A DNA stretch of 63,979 nt, the filler included, from Diploschistes diacapsis (taxonomy: Eukaryota): NCBI GenBank assembly GCA_023645945.1. It is 27 parts of 27 records of this genome, joined end to end, with 100 filler letters (N's around TTAATTAATTAA, not from the genome) between each part and the next. Parts side by side here need not be neighbours in the genome. Positions count along the whole stretch, not along the records: positions 60,853 to 62,367 come from JALAIB010002967.1; positions 62,468 to 63,979 come from JALAIB010002968.1; 25 more parts are not named here. One strand, given 5' to 3'. Shown piece by piece: positions 61,161 to 63,979 of this stretch. Positions within the stretch are counted from its first letter, which is position 1; each line of letters starts with the position of its first letter. A program made the translations under genes and the position numbers. The notes under the pieces are model-generated. The model searched no databases. It had not been told where the DNA came from and saw nothing but the letters and a program-made list of their open reading frames with translations.

Positions 61161-61735
61161 TAGGCTGGCCGTTTCGTGCCACTGACACTAACACGGACAC
61201 CGCAACATAATTTTTTAAAACACGGACACCGCAGCTAAAAATTTTAAAACACGTATACTAATACGGACATTATATTTCCGTAAATCCACGAACACGGACA
61301 CCGTAATTAAAAATTTTAAAACACGGATATTAATACGGACACGATATTTCCATAAATCCATTAACACGGATACTACATTACAATAAAAACACGAAAATAC
61401 TTTGTTTTTTTTTAATATTTTTAAAATTATCACGCTTATTTCTCACGTTTTTTTTAAAAAAAAAATTTTTAACACGGACACGGACACGGACACGGACATT
61501 ACACTATAATAAATACACGGATACGGACATCGTAGTAAAAATTTTCTCGGCACGGACACTAACACGGATATTATACTATAATAAAAACACGGACACGGAC
61601 ACTACAATTAAAAGATTTAAAATACTGACATTAATACGGACACTGCACTTCCGTAAATCCACGGACACGGACACTGCAGCTAAAAAATCTAAAACACTGA
61701 CACTGATACTGTCAGTGTCAGTGACGGCCAGCCTA
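61161..61735 (+). mobile_element. hAT-type MITE family B, both ends present
   Basis: TAGGCTGGCCG...CGGCCAGCCTA. Flanks belong to different elements, so there is no target duplication. Confidence 0.8.
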
Positions 61736-61854
61736 GATTGGGACGTGACGAGGTTGGGACCTCGGATCGTAACACAAATATTCCAGAATATTCTAGAATA
61801 TTGGGATTATTAATGCATGGAATAATTTGGAAGGAAAAGGAATATTGTAGAACT

Positions 61855-62118
61855 TGTTGAGCAACGTAATGGATATATTGAAGTCTAGAGATCTTGACTA
61901 TGAAAGTATCCTACTGCGCAGACTTTTATACCCCACGGGATCCGCTAAGCCTTATTGTCAACACTACCCCTGATCGGTCTAGTCAAGATTCCAGAAGGTT
62001 TTACTGAACTGAGCTGAACCTTGGTAAGTTTAGATAATTAAACTTTCCGGGTTCTTTTAGTGAACCTCTTAGAATCTAGACGAGTTCATAGTTATATTTT
62101 CCGTCTATTTGTTTAATA
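61855..62118 (-). mobile_element. LTR family 2 variant
   Basis: Reverse complement of 42563-42842. Confidence 0.7.
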
Positions 62119-62467
62119 TTTTTCTATAGACGGAATTATTTAATATGTTTGTTTAACTAGATATTTTTAAACTAGGACCGATTAATTTTAACGAAAATAT
62201 TACATTTTGAGTAATATAACAACGTTATAAACGTCGTAATCCTATAAATGATTATTTCGTAATCATGTTTTGTACAATGCTTTATTCCGATAATCTAAAA
62301 AGCAATAATATATCTTAATTATAAAAAACTAGAACTTGATCTTTCATCACGAAAAGTTTTTCAAGCCNNNNNNNNNNNNNNNNNNNNNNNNNNNNNNNNN
62401 NNNNNNNNNNNTTAATTAATTAANNNNNNNNNNNNNNNNNNNNNNNNNNNNNNNNNNNNNNNNNNNN

Positions 62468-63979
62468 GCCTCCTCCGGCGCATCCTCCACGGCGCGCTCG
62501 CGCCGCTTCTACGCGCACATCTCGCACGCCTCGCCGCGCACGCAGGCCCGCATCCTCTCCGGCCTGGGCGCCGCCTTCCCGGCGCAGAGCCACTGCCTCG
62601 TGCCGCACGCGCCGGCGCCGGCGTACCTGTCCGCGGGCCGCACGGCGCTGCTCTGCATCGTGCCGTACGAACGCGTCGACCACGCGCGCCTGCTCGCGTG
62701 CCCGGGCACGTACTTCGCCGGCAGCTACACCATCCGCAAGGCGCTCGTGCGCAAGCACCACCTCGCGCTCACCGTCGCGCACTGGCTCGCCAAGCACCCG
62801 CGCAGCCGCCTCGTCGGCCACGTGCCGCACACGCTCGCCTTCGAGCTCGACTGGGTCCAGTTCCTGGACGACGCGCTCGCGGAGAGCGAGGCCGGCCAGG
62901 TGCTGCGCGGCGTCTGGGCGCGGAACGGCGGGAGGAGGGAGGCGAGCGAGAAAGGGACCGACGGCGGGCGTGGGAATGGGGAGAGGGAGAGGGAGTTGGA
63001 GTGGTGGATTCTGAAGCCCGGGATGAGCGATCAGGGCCAGGGGATTAGGGTGTTTAGCAGCGAGGAGGAGCTGAGGGGGATATTCGAGAGGTGGGAGGAA
63101 GAGAATCCGGAGGAGGAGGAGGAGGAGGAGGAGGAGGAGGAAAAAGAAGAAGAAGAAGAAAAGGAAGGAGAGACGGAACAGAAAGACAACGATGGGAGCG
63201 AGAAGAATGTCGATGGGCCTCCAAACAGCGGCCTCGACGAAGCAGGCAAGGCCACGCCGACGACCACAACACCTGCCCGCAAAAACGATGACGACGACGA
63301 CGGCAACGACATCGGCCTCCGAGCCTCCCACCTCCGCCACTTCGTCTGCCAGCCCTACATCCCTCCCCTGCTCTTCCCCCCTTCCACCAGCTCCACGTCG
63401 ACCTCGGCCCACCGGCCCACCGTGCCCGTGCCAACGAACCGCAAATTCCACGTGCGCGCCTACGTCCTGTGCGTCGGCGCCCTGCGCGTCTACGTGTACG
63501 AGCACATGCTCGCGCTGTTCGCGCGCGCGGCGTACGTCGCTCCGTCGGCGTCCGTCGCGGCGGGGAGGGACGCGAACGCGGATCTGGCGCGGGGCGGGCT
63601 GAGCAACACGTGCCTGCAGACGTCTTCTTCCGGGGACGAGAACATCCACCTCCTCTCCTCCCTGCCCCGCGTCGCCATCCCCATCACCTCCTCCTCCTCC
63701 TCCTCCGACGACGAAACCACCCAGAATCCCACAGCGACGGCCCCCTGGTCCCCCCGCAAAACAACCCGCCAGGTCCGCGCCCTCGCCTCCGCCCTCTTCC
63801 GCGCCGCCCTCGCCCAGCCCACCGCCTTCCAGCCCCTGCCCAACGCCTTCGAGCTCTTCGGCCTCGACTTCCTGCTCGACGCCCGCGGCGACGCCTGGCT
63901 GCTCGAGGTGAATGCCTTCCCGGACTTTGAGCGCACGGGCCCCAGGCTGGCCGAGAAGGTGGTCGGCGGACTGTGGAGG
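62468..63979 (+). CDS. pby1: Tubulin-tyrosine-ligase family ATP-grasp domain (Pby1-like), partial at both ends; absent from the ORF track
   Basis: Open frame from 62468 to the window end with SYTIRKALVRKHHL, WILKPGMSDQGQGIRVF, LRHFVCQPYI, RKFHVRAYVL, FELFGLDFLLD and WLLEVNAFPDF. Confidence 0.88.

Noticed and set aside
62420..63936. 409-aa and 148-aa minus-strand ORFs and short plus-strand ORFs
   Set aside because: They are shadows of the GC-rich TTL-family frame on the plus strand, which carries all conserved motifs.
44684..63979. Apparent clustering of two ATP-grasp genes (cdc123, TTL) and an RNA methyltransferase
   Set aside because: They are on separate contigs joined artificially by size order.

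Overview
Eukaryotic DNA from a filamentous ascomycete (Pezizomycotina-type genes, GT-AG introns with CTRAY branch points). The window is not one locus. It is 27 unrelated contigs joined by 26 artificial 100-nt spacers (44 N + TTAATTAATTAA + 44 N), so adjacency across spacers means nothing. One 21.9-kb contig (11371-33237) carries six spliced genes: zds1, a BAR-PH (Slm1-like) gene, a CreD-like arrestin, creC, gem1 (Miro) and msrB. These are followed by a decayed tail with a probable HET-domain pseudogene. The other contigs are about 1.5 kb. Three hold very GC-rich fragments of housekeeping genes (Rcm1/NSUN5, Cdc123, TTL/Pby1-like). Most of the rest are AT-rich, RIP-mutated nests of transposons: chromoviral Gypsy, Copia, several Fot1/pogo families, a hAT-type MITE, a foldback MITE, a TRIM, and unclassified hairpin-ended and minisatellite elements. 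The most unusual item is contig 38204-39724. It has an intact AT-rich zinc-finger ORF resembling the N-terminus of telomere-linked helicases (DUF3505/OrsD-like), preceded by a 51-bp tandem array with seven perfect ATGA(C/G)TCAT Gcn4/CpcA-type sites. All family assignments come from motif recognition by eye; no searches were run.
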